NCBI GenBank assembly: GCA_026706565.1
Contig: JAPOYM010000071.1
Location: forward strand, 1 to 62,142
Source: a bacterium
GTDB taxonomy: Bacteria; Actinomycetota; Acidimicrobiia; Acidimicrobiales; CATQHL01
Direction: 5' to 3'
DNA: 62,142 bases
In this document: positions 17,862 to 27,003 of the stretch, piece by piece
Position numbering within the stretch: position 1 is the stretch's first letter
Layout: each line of letters opens with the position of its first letter
Made by a program: the position numbers and the translations under genes
The notes under the pieces: generated by a model
Told to the model about the DNA's origin: nothing
What the model saw: the letters and a program-made list of their open reading frames with translations, nothing else
Databases searched by the model: none

Positions 17862-19145
17862 GTGGAACTCTTCTTCGTGTTCCTGACCCTGTTCGGGCTG
17901 CTGATCCTCCGCGTCCCGATCTTTGCGTCCCTGGCCGGCGCCACCATCGTGGGAATCCTGTTGGAGCCGCGTCTCACGATGCTGGAGGTGGTCCGCAACT
18001 CCATCATCGGCATCGACTCGCTGGTGCTCTTCGCCGCCCCGCTGTTCGTGCTGGCCGGCAACCTCATCCTCGTGGGCGGGGTGTCGCAGCGACTCGTCGG
18101 CTGGGTGGACAACCTTTTCGGCTTCAGCCGGCTGCGTCTGGTGTATGTGAACGTGTTCGGCTCGATGTTCTTCGGCGGGATCTCCGGGTCGGCCACCGCC
18201 GACTCAGCCGCCATCGGCTCGGTGCTGGTTCCGGAGATGAAGCGGCAAGGCTATCCGACCGCCTACTCGGCGGCGGTCACCGCCGCCAGCAGCTCCATCG
18301 GCATCATCATCCCGCCCAGCGTGCCCATGATCCTGGCCGGGGCCGCAACCAGCGTGTCGGTCACGAAGCTGTTCGTGGGCGGGTACCTCCCGGGCCTGCT
18401 CATCGCGCTGTCGCTGGCCACCGTGGGATACCTCACCCGACCCAAGGGCGAGTGGCAGGCGCAGCGCAAGTCCTGGAGCTGGCAACGGATGGGCCGGCTC
18501 ACCTGGATAGCGCTGCCGGCGCTGATCTTCCCCGTGGTGATCATGGTGGGCATTCTCGGCGGGGTGTTCACCGCCACGGAAGCGGCCGCCGTGGCGGTGG
18601 TGTACGCCCTGGCGGTCTCAGCGTTCATCTACCGCGAACTCGGCTGGAAGAGCTTCATGAAGTCGTTGAGCGACTCGGCGATGTTCGCCTCGGTGGTCTT
18701 CGTGATCGTGGCCACCGCACAGGCCTTCGGCTGGTACCTCACCTACACCCGCGTCCCTCAGAAGCTCGCCGACTTCATGCTGGGCGTCTCCGACAGCCGG
18801 ACGGTCGTCATCCTCCTGATGATCCTGCTGCTGCTCATCATCGGCACGTTCCTGGAGACGGTGCCGATCGTGCTGGTCCTGTATCCGATCCTCGAGCCCA
18901 TCGCCACGCAGATCGGCATGGACCCCACCCACTACGGGGTCATGTTCATGGCGTCGATCGCGGTGGGCCTGCTGACGCCGCCCTACGGGGTGCTGCTCTT
19001 CGTAAACTCCAAGATCGCCGGGATCCCCTCGGCGCAACTCATCCGAGCCGTGCTGCCGTTCGTCGGCATCCTGATCGTGGACGCCCTCATCGTGGCGTTC
19101 GTGCCAAGCCTGGTTCTCGGACCCGTGGACCTATTCTTTGACTGA
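17862..19145 (+). CDS. TRAP transporter large permease (DctM family)
   Basis: 427 aa, polytopic, with a typical DctM N-terminus (MELFFVFLTLFGLLIL...). Confidence 0.85.
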   Translation: MELFFVFLTLFGLLILRVPIFASLAGATIVGILLEPRLTMLEVVRNSIIGIDSLVLFAAPLFVLAGNLILVGGVSQRLVGWVDNLFGFSRLRLVYVNVFGSMFFGGISGSATADSAAIGSVLVPEMKRQGYPTAYSAAVTAASSSIGIIIPPSVPMILAGAATSVSVTKLFVGGYLPGLLIALSLATVGYLTRPKGEWQAQRKSWSWQRMGRLTWIALPALIFPVVIMVGILGGVFTATEAAAVAVVYALAVSAFIYRELGWKSFMKSLSDSAMFASVVFVIVATAQAFGWYLTYTRVPQKLADFMLGVSDSRTVVILLMILLLLIIGTFLETVPIVLVLYPILEPIATQIGMDPTHYGVMFMASIAVGLLTPPYGVLLFVNSKIAGIPSAQLIRAVLPFVGILIVDALIVAFVPSLVLGPVDLFFD

Positions 19146-19214
19146 ACGCCACGACCACTGCAGCGTCGCCGCCGTCACCCGCATGCCCGCCAACATTCCC
19201 CGAATCGAGACGCC

Positions 19215-20609
19215 ATGAGCAACGAGACGTTCCGCATCCTGTCCTTCGTCAACCACATACCCGTGCATCCGCAGGTGGAGGAGTTGCTGGCCGAGGCTGA
19301 CCGCCGGGGCGTGGATGCCATCTGCTCGCAGGGCACCGGCATGGACTTCGGCCCGTACATGCTGGGAAGCGGCACCCAGTTCACCACCGAGAACTTCAAG
19401 GAGAACATCCGCCCCTACCTGCGCTTCGCCCACGAGCGGAGCATTCCCTTCGTGCTCTCGGTCGGCATCGCCGGCGGCCGCATGCAACTGGACGCCTGCC
19501 TCGAGCGGGTCGACGAGGTGGCGGTGGAGGAGGAGTTGGATCTCACCATCGGCGTCATCGACGGCGAACTGGACCGCTCCGACCTGGCTCAGCGGCTGCG
19601 CGACGGGGCCAGGGCCCGCCGGGCCGTGGACAGCCCCGCCCTTGTGGAGTGGCTGACGCCCGAGGAGGTGGAGCAGTCCACCCACGTGGTCGCACAGATG
19701 GGGCCCGAGCCGATCATGGCGGCGCTGGCTCGCGGCGTGGACGGCGTCATCACCGGCCGGGCGCTGGACGTGGGCGTGTACATGGCACCGCCTCTGGCGG
19801 CCGGCTTCCCGCGCGGCGCCACCACGCACATGGCGAAGGTCCTGGAGTGCGCCGGACTGGCGCTCACGCCGGGCGACCCCAGCGAGCCCATCTACGGGAT
19901 ACTGCGCCACGACGGCATCGAGGTCTACCCCCTCAGCGCCAACCAGCGCGCCACCCCGCGATCCATCGCCGGTCACTCCATGTACGAGCGGGACAACCCC
20001 TTCATGGAGCGCAACCCGGGCGGCTACCTGGACCTGACGCACGCCACGTACGAGGCCGTGGACGGCAACGGCGTGCTCTCGACCGGAGCCCTCTGGGTGG
20101 ACGAGCCGTACACGGTGAAACTGGAGGGCGCCCGGCGCAGGGGCTACCGAACGGTCGCATTCTTCGGGGTCCGCGAGCCGCGCTTCATCGCCGAGCTCGA
20201 CGGATTCCTCGAGAACGTACGCGCCGCCATCAAGGGCTCCGATCGGTTCGGCCACCTGGACGAGGGCAAGCACTACACGGTGACGTTCGATCAATACGGA
20301 CGCAACGGCGTGCTGGGGCCCAACGAACCCTTGATCGACGCGGTGCCCCACGAGATCGGGCTGCTGGTGGACGTGATCGCCGAGACGCAGGCGCTGGCGG
20401 AGAACCTGGCCTACTACATCTGCATGGAACTCTGGATCAAGCCGTACCCGCACCGCCAGACGACGGCCGGCAATCTGGCCACTCGCTTCGCGCCACCCAC
20501 CATCAACGTGGGGCCGGCGTTCGCGTTCAACGTTTGGCACCTGCTGGAGATCGACGATCCGCTGGAGCTGTTCCCCACCGAGATCATGTCGTTCCCGAGG
20601 AGTGCGTGA
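19215..20609 (+). CDS. AtuA-like acyclic terpene utilisation family protein (DUF1446)
   Basis: 464 aa. The pattern I recall for DUF1446 is followed by the small partner gene. Confidence 0.6.
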   Translation: MSNETFRILSFVNHIPVHPQVEELLAEADRRGVDAICSQGTGMDFGPYMLGSGTQFTTENFKENIRPYLRFAHERSIPFVLSVGIAGGRMQLDACLERVDEVAVEEELDLTIGVIDGELDRSDLAQRLRDGARARRAVDSPALVEWLTPEEVEQSTHVVAQMGPEPIMAALARGVDGVITGRALDVGVYMAPPLAAGFPRGATTHMAKVLECAGLALTPGDPSEPIYGILRHDGIEVYPLSANQRATPRSIAGHSMYERDNPFMERNPGGYLDLTHATYEAVDGNGVLSTGALWVDEPYTVKLEGARRRGYRTVAFFGVREPRFIAELDGFLENVRAAIKGSDRFGHLDEGKHYTVTFDQYGRNGVLGPNEPLIDAVPHEIGLLVDVIAETQALAENLAYYICMELWIKPYPHRQTTAGNLATRFAPPTINVGPAFAFNVWHLLEIDDPLELFPTEIMSFPRSA

Positions 20610-20935
20610 TGGCGACCCTACGAGACCTGGCGAAGACGCTGCGCAGCAAGAACTGCGACCCCTTCAACACCACGTTCGACGTCTTCTTCGACGACGCCGA
20701 GACCTACCAGCGGGTGAAGGAGTCGGGGGCCATCAACGCCACCGACATCGCGGCGCTGTACGGCTTGGAGCCCGCCGGGGTGCTCGGCATCTACTTCCTT
20801 GACGGGCCGATGGCCTTCAAGGTGACCATCGTGAAGGACATCCCCTCCTCCGACCCGGACTGCAAGGACGTGTTCGGCGCTCACCAGCACCTGCAACTAT
20901 CAAACATCACGATCCCCGAAGGGAGCAGCCAATGA
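20609..20935 (+). CDS. DUF4387-like small protein (usual partner of DUF1446)
   Basis: ATG at 20609 overlaps the upstream stop (TGATG). 108 aa: MATLRDLAKTLRSKNCDPFNTTFDVFFDD... Confidence 0.55.
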   Translation: MATLRDLAKTLRSKNCDPFNTTFDVFFDDAETYQRVKESGAINATDIAALYGLEPAGVLGIYFLDGPMAFKVTIVKDIPSSDPDCKDVFGAHQHLQLSNITIPEGSSQ

Positions 20936-21468
20936 CAACCATTCTCGATCCCCGAGCCGAGGAGTTCCGCCGCCTCGAGGAGGCCGATGAGCTCAAGCCT
21001 ATCGAGGCTGCGGAGATCAACGTCTCGATCCTCAATTCCCGGTGGGAGAGCATGACCCGCATCGCCGCCATAGTCGACGAGCAGTTGGCGCCACACCCCC
21101 GGATCGGGCAGGTGCGCCACTGGCGCATCAAGCACTCCGAGCCAACGCCCCCGGAGGTGCTCGACGAGGTCACCGACGGCAGCCACTACGCCATCCTGGG
21201 GCTCGGCAATTGAGGAGCCTGCACAGCGTGGAGTTGCCACGACGGAACAGAACTGAGACGGCGGGGCGTCGCGACGGTGGTGATCATCACCGAGGCGTTC
21301 GTGGAGCTCGCCGAGGCGACGATGCAGAGCCGGGGAATGCCTGAGTTGCCGATGATCGTGCTGCCCCACGACACCGAAGTGCTGCCGATGGAGGAGTTGC
21401 GACCCATCGTCGTCAATGCGGTGCAGCAGGAGCTGCTGCCCATGATCGAGGCTGCATGCGACGCCTGA
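20932..21468 (+). CDS. candidate selenoprotein with UxxC motif (UGSC-family-like): two ORFs joined by an in-frame TGA at 21211
   Basis: ORFs 20932..21213 and 21277..21468 are in the same frame, with no other stop between them. Read-through gives ...AILGLGN-U-GACTAWSCHDG...VVIITEAFVELAEATMQSRGMPELPMIVLPHD... Confidence 0.5.
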
Positions 21469-21475
21469 TGCCGCT

Positions 21476-22531
21476 ATGGCGATCGGATCGCTGACCTCTC
21501 GCTCCCTGGACGTTCCGGCGGCCGCGGGGCCCGACGAACTCCAGGAGTACTTCCACGAGCAGGATCTCAGCGACGGGCTGCCGGTGGTCCTGCCCACGCC
21601 GGCGCGCGTGGCCGCGATGGTGGCCGGCTCGGGAATGCGGGCCGATCACGAGGTCGGCGTCATGGACCCCGAGCGTGGCGTGGCGACCGTTGAGAAGTTG
21701 GCCGTCAACGCGGTCATGGCGGGGTGCCGTCCGGAATACATGCCGGTGATCGTGGCCGCCGTCTCGGCCATGTGCGAGCAACTGTTCAACCTGCACGCCG
21801 TCCAGGCCACCACCAACCCGGCCACGCCGCTCCTGATCGTGAACGGGCCGATACGGCGGGCCATCGGCATGAACACTGACCGCAACCTCCTGGGCCCGGG
21901 CAACCGCGCCAACGCCACCATCGGGCGAGCGATCCGCCTGGCCATGCGCAACGTCGGCGGGGCCTACGTGGGCATCGATCAGGCCACTCACGGCAGCCCC
22001 GCCAAGTACTCACTCTGCATCGCCGAGGACGAGGAGTCCAGCCCCTGGGAAGCACTGCACGTCACCAAGGGCTACGACGCGTCGGCCTCCACCGTCACGG
22101 TGGCGGGCATCGAGTCGGTCATCAACAGCACCGCCGTATGGTGGACGGCCCCGTCGCTTCTGAAGATGCTCGCCAAGACCATGCGCAGCACGGCCACCAG
22201 CCAGTTCTTCTCACGCGGCACGCCCAACCTGATGATGAGCCCGGCGCATGCCGGGGTCTTCGTGCGCGCCGGCTACACCAAGCGGCAACTGCGCGCCGAA
22301 CTCTGGGAAGCCGCCAAGGTGCCCCTCAGCGACTACCCGCCGGAGGGCAACATCCCCCAGGGGGACTGGACGACCGACGGCGATCGAGTGCTCATCTGCG
22401 AGTCGCCCGAGGATCTGAACCTTCTCGTGGCCGGCGGCACCGAAGGCAACGCCTCGCACTCGGTGTTCTTCTCGGGCTTCTGCCTGTCCAAGGGCGTGAC
22501 CCGCCGGATCGACTGGGACCGCGCGGCGTGA
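21476..22531 (+). CDS. conserved hypothetical protein
   Basis: 351-aa ORF with clean coding signal, in an operon with its neighbours. No motif was recognised. Confidence 0.6.
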   Translation: MAIGSLTSRSLDVPAAAGPDELQEYFHEQDLSDGLPVVLPTPARVAAMVAGSGMRADHEVGVMDPERGVATVEKLAVNAVMAGCRPEYMPVIVAAVSAMCEQLFNLHAVQATTNPATPLLIVNGPIRRAIGMNTDRNLLGPGNRANATIGRAIRLAMRNVGGAYVGIDQATHGSPAKYSLCIAEDEESSPWEALHVTKGYDASASTVTVAGIESVINSTAVWWTAPSLLKMLAKTMRSTATSQFFSRGTPNLMMSPAHAGVFVRAGYTKRQLRAELWEAAKVPLSDYPPEGNIPQGDWTTDGDRVLICESPEDLNLLVAGGTEGNASHSVFFSGFCLSKGVTRRIDWDRAA

Positions 22532-23649
22532 AGCCACCGGCCGAGGTGAGGGCTCTCTGCGCCGCGGCGCGCGCTGCGGTGGCTCCGAACGTGGCCGGCT
22601 GGGAGCGCCACGGCATCCCGGCAGGCACGTTCGAGGACCTGGCTCGCGACCTCGGGCTGAGCGCGCTGCGCACCCCGGAGGGGCGCGGCGGCGAACCCCG
22701 ACCGTGGACCGAGGTGGTCCATGTGGCCCGAGCCCTCGGACGCGTGTACCGAGCATTCGGGGCCGTGCTGGTGAACAACGTCGTCGCCGGTTACCTCGGC
22801 GCCCACGCCGATGACGCGCAGTGGGAGCGCTGGGGGGCTCCCATCCACGACGGCCGCTGCCTGTCGATGCTGGCGATCAACGAGGCGGGATCGGGCAACG
22901 ACCTGTCACGCCTGGCCAGCACGGTGACCCCCGTGGGCGCCGACCTGCGGCTGGACGGCACGAAGGCCTTCCTGCCCAACGCCAACCGGCTGCCCTACCT
23001 GTTGGTGCTGGCACGTCACGGCGACGGCACCTCAATGCTGGTGGTGCCGACCGACGCGCCCGGCGTGAAGATCGAATCGATGGGCCCCACACTGGCACTG
23101 CGCGGTCTCGACCTTTGCGAGGCGACGTTCGGCGACTGCCTCCTGGGGGCCGAGCACCTCATCGGCACGCCCGGCAAGGGCATGGCGGAGCTGCGGCCGC
23201 ATCTCCTGGGCAGCAGGCTGAACACCGCTGGGCTGGCGCTCGGCGGCGCCGAGGAGGCGCTGGATCTGGCTGTGGACTACACGGACCGCACCGAGCGGTT
23301 CGGTCGGCCGCTCAACCGGCTCGGGGCGGTGCAGCAGCGATTGGGCGACCTGGCCGTGCGGGTTCGTGCCACGGCCGCCTACCTCCAGACCGCTGCAGGC
23401 GAACTGGACACCGCCGCTGACGACGCCGGAGCGTCCGCCGAGCCGGCCGTCTCGGCGGCCAAGGTGCTCGCCTCGGAGACCTCCCGATACGTCACGCAGG
23501 AATCCATGCAGCTGCTGGGGGGCTGGGGATTTCTCGAGAGCGGCACGGTGGAGCGCCTGGCGCGTGAAGCCGCCGTGAACCAGATCGTGGACGGAGCCAA
23601 CGACATCCACCGAGCGATCGTGGCCCGAAGTCTGGGAGGCGACTCATGA
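22528..23649 (+). CDS. acyl-CoA dehydrogenase family protein
   Basis: GTG at 22528 overlaps the upstream stop. ACAD-like middle and C-terminal domains (LGGAEEALDLAVDYTDRTERFGRPL..., QLLGGWGF). Confidence 0.75.
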   Translation: MKPPAEVRALCAAARAAVAPNVAGWERHGIPAGTFEDLARDLGLSALRTPEGRGGEPRPWTEVVHVARALGRVYRAFGAVLVNNVVAGYLGAHADDAQWERWGAPIHDGRCLSMLAINEAGSGNDLSRLASTVTPVGADLRLDGTKAFLPNANRLPYLLVLARHGDGTSMLVVPTDAPGVKIESMGPTLALRGLDLCEATFGDCLLGAEHLIGTPGKGMAELRPHLLGSRLNTAGLALGGAEEALDLAVDYTDRTERFGRPLNRLGAVQQRLGDLAVRVRATAAYLQTAAGELDTAADDAGASAEPAVSAAKVLASETSRYVTQESMQLLGGWGFLESGTVERLAREAAVNQIVDGANDIHRAIVARSLGGDS

Positions 23650-24392
23650 GCGTGGCGGTCATCACCGGCGGGACCAGCGGCATCGGCCTGCAAGTCGCCC
23701 AGAGCCTGCTGGAGCGCCGGCCGGGTGTCTCCTGCGCCCTGGTCGACCGCGATGAGGGCCAAGCCGAGGAACTCCGGCGGCTCCACGGCGCCCGGGTGCG
23801 CCTCGTGCTGTCGGATGTGACCGACCCGGACGCTGTGAACCGCGCCGCCGAGGAGATCCTGGCCTGGCGCTCGCCCATCGGCCATCTGGTGACCTGCGCG
23901 GGCATTCAGATCGCCGGCGACAGCTTCACGATGGCCGCCGCGGATTGGCGGAGCGTCATCGACGTGAACCTGTCGGGCACCTTCTACTGGTGCCAGGCGG
24001 CCGGACGATCGATGCGCCACGCCGGCGGCGGCTCGATCGTGACGGTCGGCTCGATCGCGATGTGGTTCGGCTTTCCCGGTCGTTCGCCCTACACGGCGTC
24101 GAAGGCGGGCGTCGGCGGGCTCACGCAGGTCCTGGCCGTGGAGTGGGCCGAGCACGACATTCGCGTCAACTGCGTGGCGCCGGGCATGGTCGCCACGCCG
24201 CTGCTGGAGCGGGCGGTGGCGTCGGGACTCGTGGACGGCGACGCCGCCCGGGCCACGCACGCCGTGGACCGATTCGCCACGCCGCAGGAGATCGCCGAGG
24301 TCGTACTGTTCCTTCTCTCGGATGCGGCGTCATTCGTCACTGGCGACATCGTGCAAGTGGACGGAGGCTTCCGCCCGTACAAACTGGACTGA
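23646..24392 (+). CDS. SDR family oxidoreductase
   Basis: VITGGTSGIGL Rossmann motif, YTASKAGV catalytic YxxxK, and NCVAPG. Confidence 0.85.
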   Translation: MSVAVITGGTSGIGLQVAQSLLERRPGVSCALVDRDEGQAEELRRLHGARVRLVLSDVTDPDAVNRAAEEILAWRSPIGHLVTCAGIQIAGDSFTMAAADWRSVIDVNLSGTFYWCQAAGRSMRHAGGGSIVTVGSIAMWFGFPGRSPYTASKAGVGGLTQVLAVEWAEHDIRVNCVAPGMVATPLLERAVASGLVDGDAARATHAVDRFATPQEIAEVVLFLLSDAASFVTGDIVQVDGGFRPYKLD

Positions 24393-24472
24393 CCGTCGGC
24401 GGGACCGGCATTCGCCCGTCGTGGCACCCGCCGGCAGGACCCTCGCGAGCACTGGAATCGAAAGGAGCTCTC

Positions 24473-25480
24473 GTGCAGCACGACCGCATCAACTGGGACC
24501 GGGTGCGGCAGTACCTCGGCCGAAGCAACACCCGGGCCGTCCTGAAGCCGTACGGCCTCCCCGACATCACGAACCCGTTCACCTCGCGCTACGCGGACGT
24601 GGACGTGGCGCCCCGCTGGCCGATTCCCGACGAGGTGGCAATCTCGGTGGCCGTCACGGGCGGCTTCTTCATGAGCCGGGACAACCCGGCGCAGCCGATC
24701 AGCACCGACGAGATCCTGCAGGCCTCCCGCGAGTGCATGGATGCCGGCGCAACCTCGCTGCACATCCACGTGCGCAACGAGCTGGAGTTCTCGATCCTCG
24801 ACCTGGAGCGCTTCGTGACGGTGCTGGAGCCGCTCCACGCCGACTACGACGACCTCTACATCTCGGCCGGCGAGGTGGCGATCGGCCCCGACGACTGGAA
24901 GGACATGCAGCGCCTCAGCGAGTCGGGACTGGTCACCGGATCGCCCGTGAACACGACGGCTACGTTCGTCGGCGACACGCTGTTCGCCAAGCCGCCGGCG
25001 GTCATGATCGAGAAGGCGCGCATCCTGCAGGACGCGGGCGTGAAGCCCGAGATCGCCGTGTACACCGACGCCGACGTGGACAATGCCGACCGCTACCTGG
25101 TCAAGTCGGGGCTGGTCCGGGGACCGCTGTACTGGGTCGTGCTTCCCGCCCTGCCCGGCTGCAGCCCGATGCACAATCCACGCCAGATGATCCAGGGTCT
25201 CATGCGCATCGTGGACTCGATCCACGACATCGACCCGGAGTCGGTGATCTCGGTCTGCGCCGCGGGGCGAGCGTCGGTGTATCTCGTAACGCTGGCGATG
25301 CTCATGGGTCTGCACGTGAGGATCGGGATGGAGGACACCGTGTGGCAGTACCCGCACCGGGACGACCTCGTGAACTCCAACCTGGAGACGCTGCAAACCG
25401 TCTCGGGCATCGCCGGTCTGCTGGGCCGGCGACCCATGACGACCCCCCGCTACAGGGAACTGCTCGGGATCGGTTCGTGA
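24473..25480 (+). CDS. 3-keto-5-aminohexanoate cleavage enzyme family (BKACE/DUF849)
   Basis: SD GAAAGGAG precedes the GTG at 24473. Contains ATSLHIHVR and RIGMED-type motifs of BKACE TIM barrels. Confidence 0.65.
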   Translation: MQHDRINWDRVRQYLGRSNTRAVLKPYGLPDITNPFTSRYADVDVAPRWPIPDEVAISVAVTGGFFMSRDNPAQPISTDEILQASRECMDAGATSLHIHVRNELEFSILDLERFVTVLEPLHADYDDLYISAGEVAIGPDDWKDMQRLSESGLVTGSPVNTTATFVGDTLFAKPPAVMIEKARILQDAGVKPEIAVYTDADVDNADRYLVKSGLVRGPLYWVVLPALPGCSPMHNPRQMIQGLMRIVDSIHDIDPESVISVCAAGRASVYLVTLAMLMGLHVRIGMEDTVWQYPHRDDLVNSNLETLQTVSGIAGLLGRRPMTTPRYRELLGIGS

Positions 25481-25728
25481 CCAGCGAGCACCGCATCCGC
25501 CAACTGCTGCGCCCACTCACCGGCGCGCTGGAGGCCGACGGTTACGCACTCGAGGTCTCCCTGCGACCCGGCGTGATTGCCCTGCAGGTGGTCGCTGGCT
25601 CCGACGCCTGCGATGACTGCCTCGTACCGCGGGAGATGATGGAGCAGATGTTCCGGGCCCGGCTGCCCACGCACGAGACCGGGCTGAACCACGACAACGT
25701 CTCACTCCGCTATCCCGAGCACCATTAG
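25477..25728 (+). CDS. NifU C-terminal (Nfu)-like domain protein
   Basis: 83 aa. IRQLLRPLTGALEADGYALEV...GSDACDDC resembles the NifU_C pattern (VRP.L..DGG...GaC.gC). Confidence 0.45.
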   Translation: MTSEHRIRQLLRPLTGALEADGYALEVSLRPGVIALQVVAGSDACDDCLVPREMMEQMFRARLPTHETGLNHDNVSLRYPEHH

Positions 25729-25763
25729 CGGCCACACTCCATGCCACACCTCGCCGGCCGGAT

Positions 25764-26672
25764 TCAGAGAGCGGGCAACTCCCAGGGCAGTTCGGCGCGG
25801 TCTACGGTGCAGCGGGCCGTCGGCAGGGAGTTGGCGACCTGGCAGATGCCGACGTCGGCGATCATGCCCAGAACCAGCGCGGTGTCGGCACGCGACAACC
25901 CCGAGGTGGACTCGCACCACGCCAGCATCTCGGCGAACGCCAGCTTGGATCCGTCGTCGATGCTTCGGGCCGACACCACCGTGACCAGTTGGGTGGCACT
26001 CAGGATGCGCGGCCAGCCCATCCCCGGCGGCCGTGGCCCCACCGCCACCGACACCTCCAGCCGGGTCCCCACCTCCGGCGACTGGACCACCTCGCCGTCG
26101 CCCATCCGGGCTTTGCTGTCGCCGAAGTAGAGGTAGGCGCCGTCCACCTCGACGGGCAGCACGACGGTCGCACCCTCGCGCACCTCGTTGCAGTCCATGT
26201 TCCCGCCGTAGCGGCCCTGCATCTTGGAGAAGACGGTCTCACGATCGGGCGCCGTGGCGATGCAGCCCACCAGCGGGCGGGCCGCGATGCGCAGCTCGCC
26301 GACATGCACGTGGCCGTCACGCACCTCGAGGCCGTCGCAGGCGTACCACTCGCCCCACCAGTCCACCGGCGAAGCGGCCTCGCAGCGGCTCCAGGCGACG
26401 CTGCCGGGCGTCGTGACCTCCACCTTGTGCAGCGTCACCGCCACGGCGTCGCCGCGCCGCGCGCCCGCCACGGCGATGGGGCCGGTCACCCCGTCGAGGT
26501 TCTCCAGCACCCAGGTGAGGTTCTCCGGCGTGAACCCGTCGGGCCGGCGGAAGCGGCCCGTGAAGCAGTCCTCGGTCTCGACGACGAACGTCTCACCCGG
26601 ATCGACGGCGCCGATGGGGGTGTGCTCACCGCTGTAGGTGAACTTCAGGTCGTCGGGTTCGAAGATCTGCAC
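25764..26672 (-). CDS. acetamidase/formamidase family protein
   Basis: 302 aa. The N-terminus (PGETFVVETEDCFTG...VTGPIAVAGA..GD) is typical of FmdA/AmdA. Confidence 0.75.
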   Translation of the reverse strand: MQIFEPDDLKFTYSGEHTPIGAVDPGETFVVETEDCFTGRFRRPDGFTPENLTWVLENLDGVTGPIAVAGARRGDAVAVTLHKVEVTTPGSVAWSRCEAASPVDWWGEWYACDGLEVRDGHVHVGELRIAARPLVGCIATAPDRETVFSKMQGRYGGNMDCNEVREGATVVLPVEVDGAYLYFGDSKARMGDGEVVQSPEVGTRLEVSVAVGPRPPGMGWPRILSATQLVTVVSARSIDDGSKLAFAEMLAWCESTSGLSRADTALVLGMIADVGICQVANSLPTARCTVDRAELPWELPAL

Positions 26673-26687
26673 CCGTCGACTCCGCGG

Positions 26688-26957
26688 CTAGTCCCGGCGC
26701 AGGGCCTTGCAGTTCTGGCGCACCAGCCGGAGTTGCTCGGTGATGCCCAGGTCCGCGTCGGGGCGGCGGGTGGTGGGATCGCTGCGCAGGCGGGTGCGCT
26801 GGTGGATGTCGGCCACCTCGGGGGTGCAGAACGGCACGTCGTCGCCGTCGATGTCCTCCAGCCAGACGTGGCGGGGCACGTTCTTGCCGCAGTAAGCGCA
26901 GTTGTACACGTCGAAGGACAGGTACATGGGCTCCCGCTCGATCCAGCGGCCGCTCAT
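26688..26957 (-). CDS. small Cys-containing hypothetical protein
   Basis: 89-aa ORF between the hydantoinase B and acetamidase genes. It has a CxxC...C pattern. Confidence 0.45.
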   Translation of the reverse strand: MSGRWIEREPMYLSFDVYNCAYCGKNVPRHVWLEDIDGDDVPFCTPEVADIHQRTRLRSDPTTRRPDADLGITEQLRLVRQNCKALRRD

Positions 26958-27003
26958 GGCGTCGCCGCCCTCGCCGCGGCGGGCGCAGCGTCGCCGCGCC
27001 GGC

